From assembly GCA_044223515.1 (NCBI GenBank), contig JBGALV010000002.1:64015-128014 (forward strand): a DNA stretch of 64,000 bases. The letters run 5' to 3'. The number at the start of each line of letters is the position of its first letter. Within the stretch, counting starts at the first letter, position 1. The notes beneath the pieces are model-generated. The model was not told the origin of the DNA. It did not search any database and was given only the letters and a program-made list of their open reading frames with translations. The position numbers and the translations under genes were made by a program. Source of the stretch: Alphaproteobacteria bacterium. GTDB taxonomy: Bacteria; Pseudomonadota; Alphaproteobacteria; SHVZ01. This document shows positions 55,175 through 64,000 of the stretch, one piece after another.

Positions 55175-56042
55175 TGGAGGCGGCCTTCATAGACGCGGCA
55201 CCGTCCACGCGCTGGCGCGCCCTTCGCGCGTTTGTCCGCAACCCGCCGGCCGTGGCGGCAACCCTATTCCTCCTCCTGGTCGCGGCCATCGCGCTCGCCG
55301 CTCCGCTGATCTATCCGGACGATCCGCTGTCGATGGTCGCCCGCCCCTTCCTGTGGCCCGGCCAGAATCCGAAGTTCCCGCTCGGTAGCGACAGCCTCGG
55401 CCGCGACGTCGCCGCCGGGCTGGTCTGGGGGGCCAGGATCTCACTGGTGATCGGCATCGCCGCGATGGCCTTGGGCGTCACGGTCGGCATCGTCGTCGGC
55501 GCCACCGCCGGCTACTACGGCGGCCGCATCGACGACGGCCTCGTCCGCCTGGTCGAGATCTTCCAGACGACACCGAGCTTCCTGATGCTGGTGGTCCTGG
55601 TCGCGATCGCCGAGCCGCGCGTCGAAAGCATCACGGTTGCGATCGCCCTGGTCACCTGGCCGACCATCGCACGTCTGGTCCGTGCCGAGTTCCGCTCGCT
55701 CCGCGAGAAGGATTTCGTCACCGCTGCCCGTGGGCTCGGATACGGACATGCACGCATCATCTTCATCGAGATCCTGCCGAACGCCCTGCCTCCAATCATC
55801 GTCACCTCGTCGGTGATCGTCGCCTCCGCGATCCTGATGGAGTCGGCGCTGTCGTTCATGGGACTCGGCGATCCCAACCGCATCAGCTGGGGGAGCATGA
55901 TCGGCGCCGGGCGCGAGCTGCTGCGCACCGCCTGGTACCTCACCGCCATTCCCGGCATCGCGATCGTGCTGACCGTCCTCGCCCTCAACCTCATCGGCGA
56001 TGCGCTCAACGACGCGCTCAATCCCCGGCTCTCTTCCGAACG

Positions 56043-56046
<4 letters not shown>
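55174..56046 (+). CDS. ABC transporter permease (DppC-like)
   Basis: 290 aa. DppC/OppC family, with the ATG overlapping the upstream stop. Confidence 0.8.
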
Positions 56047-57024
<978 letters not shown>

Positions 57025-57047
<23 letters not shown>

Positions 57048-57984
57048 TCTCCACACCCATTTTCAGACGCCCGAAGGCGAGCTCCGCGCCGTCGACGGCG
57101 TCTCGCTGTCCGTCGACAAGGGCGAGAGCGTCGGCCTGGTCGGCGAATCCGGCTGCGGCAAGTCGACCCTCGGCAAGACCGTCCTCCGCCTGGTCGACCC
57201 CACCTCCGGCGATGTCCGCTTCGACGGCGAGGATATCGGCCGGGTTGCCGCCGGCACGCTGGGGCCGTTCCGCCGCCGGGCGCAGATGATCTTCCAGGAC
57301 CCGTTCAGCTCGCTGAACCCGCGCCACACGATCGAGCGCATCCTGACCGCGCCGCTCTCCGTCCATGGCATCGGCGACGGGCCTGAGCGGAAGCGCCGCG
57401 TCGCCGCGATGATCGAGCGGGTCGGGCTTCCGGTCTCGTCGCTCGGTCGATACCCACACGAATTCTCCGGTGGCCAGCGCCAGCGCATCGGCATCGCCCG
57501 CGCGCTGATCCTAGGCCCCGAGCTCGTCGTCTGCGACGAGCCGGTCTCCGCACTCGACCTTTCGATCCAGGCGCAGATCCTGAACCTGCTGGTCGAGATG
57601 AAGCGGGAGTTCGGCCTCTCCTACCTCTTCATCTCCCACGATCTCTCGGTGATCCGCTACTTCGCCGACCGCGTGCTGGTCATGTATCTCGGGCGGATCG
57701 TCGAAAGCGCTACCGGCGCCGATCTCTGGGCGAGGCCGCTGCATCCCTATACGCGCGCCTTAATCGCAGCGATCCCCGACCCGGCTCGACGCCGTCAGGC
57801 GGCACCGATCGGCGGCGACATCGCAAGCCCGCTCGACATCCCGAAGGGATGCCGCTTCCACCCACGCTGCCCGATCGCCACCTCGATTTGCAGGCAAGTC
57901 GATCCGGCCCTCGTCCGGCATGGCGACGGCCACGAGGCGGCGTGCCATCATGCGGGACAACTCACCCGCCCTCCCGAGGCCTAG
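57025..57984 (+). CDS. ABC transporter ATP-binding protein (DppF-like)
   Basis: [13 protein letters not shown].., Walker [10 protein letters not shown] and signature [15 protein letters not shown]. Overlaps the dppD end by 23 nt. Confidence 0.85.
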
Positions 57985-57987
57985 GTC

Positions 57988-58938
57988 ATGTTCTCGCTCG
58001 CCGAACTCGAAGCCGCATCCGCGGAAGTCCATGCCGTCATCCCGCCGACCGCGCAGCATCGCTGGGCGCTGCTGTCCGATCGCGTCGGCGCCGACGTCTT
58101 CGTCAAGCACGAGAACCACACGCCGCTCGGCGCCTTCAAGTGCCGCGGCGGCGTCACCTACCTGAACCGGCTAAAGAGGCGCGAACCGAACACGCCGGGC
58201 GTGGTCAGCGCCAGCAGCGGCAATCATGGCCAGAGCCTCGCCTACTCCGCAAAGCGCCTCGGCATGCGGGCGATGATCGTGATCGGCGAGACCTCGAATC
58301 CGGAGAAGCGCGCCTCGATGGCCGCGCTAGGCGCCGAACTCGTCGACCAGGGGGTCACCACTGAGGAGAAGATCGCGCTCGCCCAGAAGCTCGGCGGCAA
58401 TGCCGGGCTCCATTTCGTTCCGCCCTGGCACCCGGACCTAGTCATCGGCGTCGCCTCGTACGGGCTCGAGCTGTTCAAGGGCGTGCCCGACCTCGACACC
58501 GTCTATGTGCCGATCGGCCTGGGATCCGGCGCCTGCGGCGTGATCGCGGCCCGCGACGCGCTCGGCCTCAAGACCAAGGTCGTCGGCGTCGTCTCGGCGA
58601 ACGCCAACGCCTACGAGATCTCCTGGGATGCGGACAGGGTCATCGACAAGCCCGGCCGCACGGTCGCTGAAGGATTGGAGATCGCCTCGCCCCATCCGGA
58701 AGCCTTCAAGTGGCTGAAGCGGGGACTGGAGCGGATCGTCTCGGTCACCGAGGACGAGATACTGGACGGCATCCGCATCCTGCTCAAGGACACGCACAAC
58801 TTGGCAGAGGGCGCCGGCTCAGCCGCGCTTGCCGCCCTCCTCAAAGAGAAAGACCGCCAGCGCGGCAAGCGCGTGGCGGTCGTTCTCTCCGGCGGCAACG
58901 CCGACAAGGCGCTCATCAGCCGCGCACTCCAGGATTGA
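57988..58938 (+). CDS. threonine/serine dehydratase family PLP enzyme (fold type II; serine racemase / hydroxyaspartate ammonia-lyase-like)
   Basis: PLP-lysine motif ..PLGAFKCRGG.. and Gly-rich phosphate loop SASSGNHGQS. 316 aa, lacking ACT regulatory domains. Confidence 0.75.
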   Translation: MFSLAELEAASAEVHAVIPPTAQHRWALLSDRVGADVFVKHENHTPLGAFKCRGGVTYLNRLKRREPNTPGVVSASSGNHGQSLAYSAKRLGMRAMIVIGETSNPEKRASMAALGAELVDQGVTTEEKIALAQKLGGNAGLHFVPPWHPDLVIGVASYGLELFKGVPDLDTVYVPIGLGSGACGVIAARDALGLKTKVVGVVSANANAYEISWDADRVIDKPGRTVAEGLEIASPHPEAFKWLKRGLERIVSVTEDEILDGIRILLKDTHNLAEGAGSAALAALLKEKDRQRGKRVAVVLSGGNADKALISRALQD

Positions 58939-58956
58939 AGCGCGCGGTCCTCGCGG

Positions 58957-60540
58957 TTACTTCGTCGCGGTCGTGTACCAGAGCTTGAAGGAGTGGGTCT
59001 TGAAGTCCTTCAGGTTCTTGTGGACGGCGATGTTACGCACGGCCTGGAACATGTAGACCATGCCGGACTCTTCCATGTGGCGCTTCTGGATCTCGTGGTA
59101 CATCGCGATCCGCTTCGCCGGGTCCGGCTCCATGCGCGACTTCATCCACATGTCGTCGAACCACTCGCTCTTCCAGGCGGCGTTCCATGACGGGAACATG
59201 TTCTGCTTGGCTTCGAGGCGGTTGTCCGGGTTGAAGCCGTGGCGCGAGACCATCGCGTCGGCGTCCGGATAGCCGGTCGACCACACCGACGAGGAGATCT
59301 GGTACTCGCGCGAGCGCACCTTGGTCAGGCGCGCGGCGCTCGCCATCTGGTTCAGCTGAAGGTCGATGCCGATCTTCGCCGCATTCGCCTGGATATGCTG
59401 CGCGATATCCGGGAACGGGAAGGTAGTGGCGACGATCACCTCCTTCTTGAAGCCGTTCGGGAAGCCCGCCTCGGTCATCAGCTGCTTCGCCTTCGCGAGG
59501 TCGAGCTTGTAGGGGAGGCCCTCCTCGCGCGACAGCGCGCCGAAGGCGCCGAGCGGCACCAGGCTGGCGCGGCCGATGCCCTCGTAGCGCATGACCGTCT
59601 TCTCTAGCCCCTGATAGTCGATCAGGTAGCGGAAGGCCTGACGGACCTTCGGGTTCGAGAGCTCGGGATCGCTCGTGTTGAAGGACAGGTAGTAGTACTG
59701 GTGCCGCGGCGTGCGGACGATGCGCGTGTTCGGGTTCGCTTCGAGCGCGGCCAGATCCTCCGGATTGAGGATGCGCGCCATGTCGACGTCACCCTTCTCG
59801 AGCTGCAGGCGTTGCGCGCCCGACTCCGGCACGTGGCGGACTATGACGCGGCGGAGCGGCGGCTTCTCTCCCCAGTAGATGTCGTTGCGCTCGAGGATCA
59901 GGTTGTCGTTGGCGGTGTGGCTGCGGAGCTTGTAGGGGCCGACGCAGGCCGAGTTGCCCTTGAGCCAGGCATTGGCATGGTCGTCACCCTTCGCGTTCTT
60001 CATCGCCTCGACCTTGTCGAGGGCATAGGCGGTGCGCCCGGTGAAGATCGCCGGCAGGATCAGCGACTCGGGGTACGGCTTGTCGAAGGTCACCGCGAGG
60101 GTGTTCGCGTCGGTCGCGCGGATGCCCTTCTCGACGTTGTCCTTGGTGAAGCCCCACTGGGTCAGGCTCGCGGCATTGCCGAAATTGAGCCAGATGATGC
60201 GGCGCATGGACCAAGCGGCGTCCTCGGCGGTCACCGGGTTGCCGGACGGGTGCTTCATGCCCTGACGGATCTTGAAGGTGTAGGTCAGGCCGTCCGGCGA
60301 GCGGGTCCAGCTCTCGGCCAGTTTCGGCTGCATCTTGCTTGGATCGTCATAGGCGGTGGTCAGCAGGGAATCGCAGACGTTCCCCATGAACTCGTCGGAG
60401 TTCACCTCGCCGATCTGGGCCGGGTCGAGCGTGATCACGTCGTCGAGCGCCCAGGCGATCACCAGCGTGTCGGCCGGGGTCGCCGCGATCGCGGTACCGG
60501 CCATCAGCGCGCCGATCATTCCGCCAAGCAACTTGCGCAT
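58957..60540 (-). CDS. ABC transporter substrate-binding protein, family 5 (second, convergent)
   Basis: Signal peptide MRKLLGGMIGALMAGTAIAA. Family-5 SBP, 527 aa, with GGAGGAATGG RBS. Confidence 0.8.
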   Translation of the reverse strand: MRKLLGGMIGALMAGTAIAATPADTLVIAWALDDVITLDPAQIGEVNSDEFMGNVCDSLLTTAYDDPSKMQPKLAESWTRSPDGLTYTFKIRQGMKHPSGNPVTAEDAAWSMRRIIWLNFGNAASLTQWGFTKDNVEKGIRATDANTLAVTFDKPYPESLILPAIFTGRTAYALDKVEAMKNAKGDDHANAWLKGNSACVGPYKLRSHTANDNLILERNDIYWGEKPPLRRVIVRHVPESGAQRLQLEKGDVDMARILNPEDLAALEANPNTRIVRTPRHQYYYLSFNTSDPELSNPKVRQAFRYLIDYQGLEKTVMRYEGIGRASLVPLGAFGALSREEGLPYKLDLAKAKQLMTEAGFPNGFKKEVIVATTFPFPDIAQHIQANAAKIGIDLQLNQMASAARLTKVRSREYQISSSVWSTGYPDADAMVSRHGFNPDNRLEAKQNMFPSWNAAWKSEWFDDMWMKSRMEPDPAKRIAMYHEIQKRHMEESGMVYMFQAVRNIAVHKNLKDFKTHSFKLWYTTATK

Positions 60541-60634
60541 TCCATTCCTCCAGGTTGAAGACCCAGCATAGGAAAAGCCGGCCGTGGGCGACCAGCTATT
60601 TCCCGGCAATGTCGAGGCATGGGAAGCCCGCGGA

Positions 60635-61102
60635 TCAGCCGCGGGTGCGGGCCCGCATCAGGAGACGCTTGAGCTCGGCCAGCTCGTCGGCGACGGCAGC
60701 AAGATCGCGAGGCGGCATGGCCGCCTTGGGGGCGGCCGGGGCCGGTACCGGCTGGACCCGGACTGGCGCTGGCGGCGGGGCCGGAGGCTCCGGGGCGACA
60801 GGCTCGACTTCGCCGCCCAGATCGCCCGAGCGGTCGCGGAGGAGGCGCTGGACGCCCTTGATGGTGTAGCCGTCGCGGTAGAGGAGCTGGCGGATCCGGC
60901 GCAGCAGCTCGACGTCCTCCGGCCGGTAGTAGCGCCGCCCGCCACCCCGCTTCAGGGGGCGGATCTGGCTGAACTTGGTCTCCCAGAATCGAAGCACGTG
61001 CGAGGGCACGTCGAGATCCTCGGCGACCTCGCTGATCGTTCGGAAGGCGGTAGCGGACTTGGCATGCCGCCGACCCGCCACGATCTCGACCTCACCGGTC
61101 AT
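60635..61102 (-). CDS. MerR family transcriptional regulator
   Basis: [28 protein letters not shown] (MerR N-terminal), then a Pro/Ala-rich linker. Positioned downstream of ihfA as in many Rhizobiales. Confidence 0.8.
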   Translation of the reverse strand: MTGEVEIVAGRRHAKSATAFRTISEVAEDLDVPSHVLRFWETKFSQIRPLKRGGGRRYYRPEDVELLRRIRQLLYRDGYTIKGVQRLLRDRSGDLGGEVEPVAPEPPAPPPAPVRVQPVPAPAAPKAAMPPRDLAAVADELAELKRLLMRARTRG

Positions 61103-61132
61103 GCGCTGGTTCCCACCCCTCCCCTAGACGCC

Positions 61133-61459
61133 TTAGTCCGAGGACCCGGAGGACGACGGGGCAGCGAGCGCGTTGTTGATGTGGCCCTTCAGCACATGCG
61201 AGGCGCGGAAGACGAGAACCCGGCGCGGCAGGATCGGAACCTCCTGACCGGTCTTCGGATTGCGGCCGACGCGCTGCCCCTTCTGGCGCACCGAGAAGGT
61301 GCCGAAGGAGGAAATCTTGACCATCTCGCCCCGCGTCAACGCGTCGGCGATCTCGTCCAGGACGGACTCGACGAGCGCCGCGGACTCGTTCCGCGACAAG
61401 CCGACTTCCTGGTAGACCGCTTCGCTCAAATGCGCGCGGGTGATCGTCTGTTCGGTCAT
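61133..61459 (-). CDS. ihfA: integration host factor subunit alpha
   Basis: [23 protein letters not shown]...[23 protein letters not shown] is the IHF-alpha signature. Confidence 0.9.
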   Translation of the reverse strand: MTEQTITRAHLSEAVYQEVGLSRNESAALVESVLDEIADALTRGEMVKISSFGTFSVRQKGQRVGRNPKTGQEVPILPRRVLVFRASHVLKGHINNALAAPSSSGSSD

Positions 61460-61560
61460 GGACGCCTCCCTAGAGCAAAACCTTAGCTCGACCGAAAAAA
61501 TCGGTCAACGACAGGGAGATGGCTATCGATCTTGAGACGAGGTAGAGCGCGAAGGTCCGC

Positions 61561-62535
61561 CTACATCCGAACCAGGGCGGCGCCCCAGGCGAGCCCGCCG
61601 CCGATCGCCTCGAGGACGACCAGGTGGCCCGGCTTGATGCGGCCGTCGCCGACCGCCTCCGCCAGCGCCAGGGGCACCGAGGCGGCCGAGGTGTTGGCAT
61701 GCCGGTCGACGGTCACCACCACCTTCTCCTTGGGCAGGCCGTACTTGTCGGCCATGCCGTCGATGATCCTCCGGTTGGCCTGGTGGGGCACCAGCCAGTC
61801 GATCTGCTCGGGCTTCATGCCGTTGGCGTCGAGGGCTTCCTGGATCACCTGGGCGAGCTTGGAGACGGCGTGCTTGAAGACCTCTTTGCCCTGCATCTTG
61901 ACCACCCCGACCTTGCCGGTCGAGGACGGGCCGCCGTCGACATAGAGGGCGTCGTGGCCCCTTCCATCGGAGTGCAGGTGGGTGCTCAGGACGCCCCGGT
62001 CTTGGGAGCCGCCGGCCCCCTCGGTGGCCTTCAGGACCACCGCTCCGGCACCGTCGCCGAACAGCACGGCCGTGCCGCGGTCGTTCCAGTCGAGGATCCG
62101 GGTAAAGGTCTCCGCGCCGATCACCAGGGCGATCCTGGCCTGCCCCGCCCGGATGAAATTGTCGGCGACGGCCAGGGCATAGATGAACCCGGCGCACACC
62201 GCCTGGACGTCGAAGGCCGCCCCCCGGGTGATCCCGAGCATGGCCTGGACCCGGGTCGCCGTGGCCGGAAAGGTTTCATCCGGCGTGGTCGTGGCCAGCA
62301 CGATCAGATCGACGTCGCTGGGCTTGAGCCCGGCCTGGGCCAGCGCTTTCTCCGACGCCTTGACCGCCAGGTGCGAGGTGAACTCCCCCTCGGCCGCGAC
62401 GTGGCGCTGGCGGATGCCTGTCCGCTGCTGGATCCACTCGTCCGTAGTTTCCATCTGCTGGGAAAGGTCGTCGTTGGTCACGACCTTGGCCGGCAGGTAG
62501 GCGCCGGTGCCGACGATCAGCGAGCGGAGGGTCAC
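61561..62535 (-). CDS. fabH: 3-oxoacyl-ACP synthase III
   Basis: Active-site region ..[15 protein letters not shown].. and C-terminal ..[22 protein letters not shown]. 324 aa. Confidence 0.9.
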   Translation of the reverse strand: MTLRSLIVGTGAYLPAKVVTNDDLSQQMETTDEWIQQRTGIRQRHVAAEGEFTSHLAVKASEKALAQAGLKPSDVDLIVLATTTPDETFPATATRVQAMLGITRGAAFDVQAVCAGFIYALAVADNFIRAGQARIALVIGAETFTRILDWNDRGTAVLFGDGAGAVVLKATEGAGGSQDRGVLSTHLHSDGRGHDALYVDGGPSSTGKVGVVKMQGKEVFKHAVSKLAQVIQEALDANGMKPEQIDWLVPHQANRRIIDGMADKYGLPKEKVVVTVDRHANTSAASVPLALAEAVGDGRIKPGHLVVLEAIGGGLAWGAALVRM

Positions 62536-63572
62536 GCCATCGCCCCCCTGAGATCGACGTTCGCGAGCTCGGCGAGCTCCGCCTTCACCTTGTCCAGGAA
62601 GCCGTGGACAGCCATGTCGTTGGCGACCCCGATCGCATTGGCAAAGCCGAGCGCGTCGGTCCCGCCGTGGCTCTTGACCGCGATGCCGTTGAGGCCGAGG
62701 AAGACCGCGCCGTTGTAGCGGCGAGGATCGGTCCGCTCGCGCACCTTCTGGAGCGCGCCGCGGCTCAGGAGGTACCCGAGCTTGGCCAGGATCGAGCTCT
62801 TGAAGCTCGCCCGGATGAAGTTGGTGTAGAGGCGCGCGGTACCTTCGGCGGTCTTCAACGCGACATTGCCGGTGAAGCCGTCGGTGACGACCACGTCGAC
62901 GGTGCCGGCGGTGATGTCGTCGCCCTCGATGAAGCCGTGGAACTCGACCGGCACCTTGCCTTCGCGGAGCGTGGCGCCGGCGCGTTTCACTTCGTCATGG
63001 CCCTTCATCTCCTCCGAGCCGACGTTGAGGAGGCCGATGGTGGGCTTCGGGATGCCCAGCACGGCGCGGGCGAACATGTCGCCGAGAATCGCGAACTGGA
63101 TCAGGTTCTCGGCGTCGCACTCGACGTTGGCTCCGAGATCGAGCATGCAGCTTTCGCCGCGCTCGGTCGGGAAGAAGGAAGCGATGGCCGGGCGGTCGAT
63201 GCCGGGCAGCATGCGAAGCCCCAGCTTCGCCATCGCCATCAGGGCCCCGGTGTTGCCCGCTGAGACGACCCCGGCGGCCTTGCCTTCCTTCACGGCATCG
63301 ATGGCGAGGCGCATCGAGGAGTTGCGTCCGGCGCGAAGCGCCACCGACGGCTTGTCCTCGTTCTTCACCACATCCTCGGTATGGAACAGCGTCGTCCGCT
63401 CGGCGAGCGCGCGATGGCGCTCAAGCAGCGGCCTGATCTTCGCCTCGTCGCCGTAGATCAGGAAGTCGATCCCGGGAAAGCGGATCCGGGCCATCTCGGC
63501 GCCCTCGATCACCATGTCGGGGGCCTGGTCCCCGCCCATGGCATCCAGCGCAAGCGTCAGCCGCTGGCTCAA
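62532..63572 (-). CDS. plsX: phosphate acyltransferase PlsX
   Basis: Conserved [11 protein letters not shown] start region. The TTG at 63572 follows a GAGGG RBS. The longer ORF to 63635 would overlap rpmF. Confidence 0.8.
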   Translation of the reverse strand: MSQRLTLALDAMGGDQAPDMVIEGAEMARIRFPGIDFLIYGDEAKIRPLLERHRALAERTTLFHTEDVVKNEDKPSVALRAGRNSSMRLAIDAVKEGKAAGVVSAGNTGALMAMAKLGLRMLPGIDRPAIASFFPTERGESCMLDLGANVECDAENLIQFAILGDMFARAVLGIPKPTIGLLNVGSEEMKGHDEVKRAGATLREGKVPVEFHGFIEGDDITAGTVDVVVTDGFTGNVALKTAEGTARLYTNFIRASFKSSILAKLGYLLSRGALQKVRERTDPRRYNGAVFLGLNGIAVKSHGGTDALGFANAIGVANDMAVHGFLDKVKAELAELANVDLRGAMA

Positions 63573-63615
63573 GGGGGCAGCCCTCGGGCGGCCGGGTACT
63601 GGTTCTACCCGGCGA

Positions 63616-63795
63616 TCAGGCCTTGGACGCGACAACCTCGCGGCCGTCGTAATGGCCGCACGCCTTGCAGACGTGATGAGGGCGCTTCAACTCGCCGCAG
63701 TTCGAGCACTCCATCACGGTTACCGACGGCAACGCGTGGTGGGCGCGGCGCATGTTGCGGCGCGACTTCGAAGTCTTTTTCTTAGGAACAGCCAT
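63616..63795 (-). CDS. rpmF: 50S ribosomal protein L32
   Basis: [59 protein letters not shown] (59 aa, zinc-ribbon Cys4). Confidence 0.9.
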   Translation of the reverse strand: MAVPKKKTSKSRRNMRRAHHALPSVTVMECSNCGELKRPHHVCKACGHYDGREVVASKA

Positions 63796-63923
63796 GGCAA
63801 CCTACACTTTCGATTGTGCAGGCCGTGCAGCGAACACGCCGACGGCCCTGCCGGAAACGCATCCACCCATCGCGGCCGGCGCGGCGCTTATGTAGCCGGG
63901 AACCCCCCGGGGGGCAAGCGGCT

Positions 63924-64000
63924 TTAGGGCTCCTTCTTGAGCCTGGAGAGCGCGGCAAAAGGCCCCTCCCGGCCCTCTTTCTCCCCCGGAATCGCGGCGG
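63924..64000 (-). CDS. YceD/DUF177-like protein, C-terminal fragment (gene continues beyond window)
   Basis: The frame is open to the window edge and ends ..GPFAALSRLKKEP*. YceD is the usual neighbour upstream of rpmF. Confidence 0.35.
   Translation of the reverse strand, partial: AAIPGEKEGREGPFAALSRLKKEP

Noticed and set aside
63573-63635. Upstream TTG start of plsX from the ORF track
   Set aside because: It would overlap the 3' end of rpmF by 20 nt. An internal TTG at 63572 with a GAGGG RBS gives the conserved [12 protein letters not shown]-terminus.

Overview
This is a high-GC (~67%) chromosomal segment from a member of the Alphaproteobacteria, most likely Hyphomicrobiales/Rhizobiales, and it is densely coding. 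I found no IS elements, integrases or CRISPR arrays. Contents in order: (1) A partial SelA-like PLP enzyme and modABC. (2) A transporter-linked catabolic island at 3.7-16.5 kb with a Gfo/Idh oxidoreductase, an enolase-superfamily dehydratase and an HpcH aldolase. It continues with a translationally coupled PhyH dioxygenase / threonine-aldolase-like / DAO-family oxidoreductase operon. It ends with TRAP dctM-dctQ-dctP plus a tandem second dctP, then a second PhyH and enolase pair. (3) Glutathione-dependent formaldehyde detoxification (adhC/frmA-fghA). (4) An Fe3+-type ABC transporter. (5) A dual-specificity-type phosphatase. (6) An N-methylglutamate-pathway-like gene set: a glutamate-synthase-like trio of GATase2, GXGXG and FMN domains, a GS-like gamma-glutamylamide synthetase, and a PuuR-like XRE-cupin regulator. 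(7) The highlight: an ECF sigma SigF / NrsF anti-sigma pair divergent from a DUF2282-DUF692-DUF2063-DoxX operon. This matches the bufferin-type metal-binding RiPP locus, which was cryptic until recently. It is followed by a haloacetate-dehalogenase-like hydrolase and a secreted YHYH-motif protein. (8) An acyl-CoA dehydrogenase translationally coupled to an APH-type kinase, a split bacterial counterpart of eukaryotic ACAD10/11. (9) An orphan OmpR regulator, galU, an orphan ECF sigma and an AtuA-like pair. (10) A general stress response island: an EcfG-like sigma, two PRC-barrel proteins, phyR, nepR and about eight small stress proteins (CsbD, DUF883, YqjE-like, DUF1328, DUF3309, glycine-zipper, YflT-like), with three clear GGAAC-N16/17-CGTT EcfG-type promoters. 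(11) tRNA-Pro(GGG) followed by an AT-rich tract, a dpp-like peptide ABC operon, a threonine-dehydratase-family enzyme and a further SBP. (12) Housekeeping genes: MerR regulator, ihfA, fabH, plsX, rpmF and a yceD-like stub. GC-rich REP-like palindromic repeats, several intrinsic terminators and candidate operator palindromes are also noted. All calls rest on reading the supplied translations and sequence. No database search was run.
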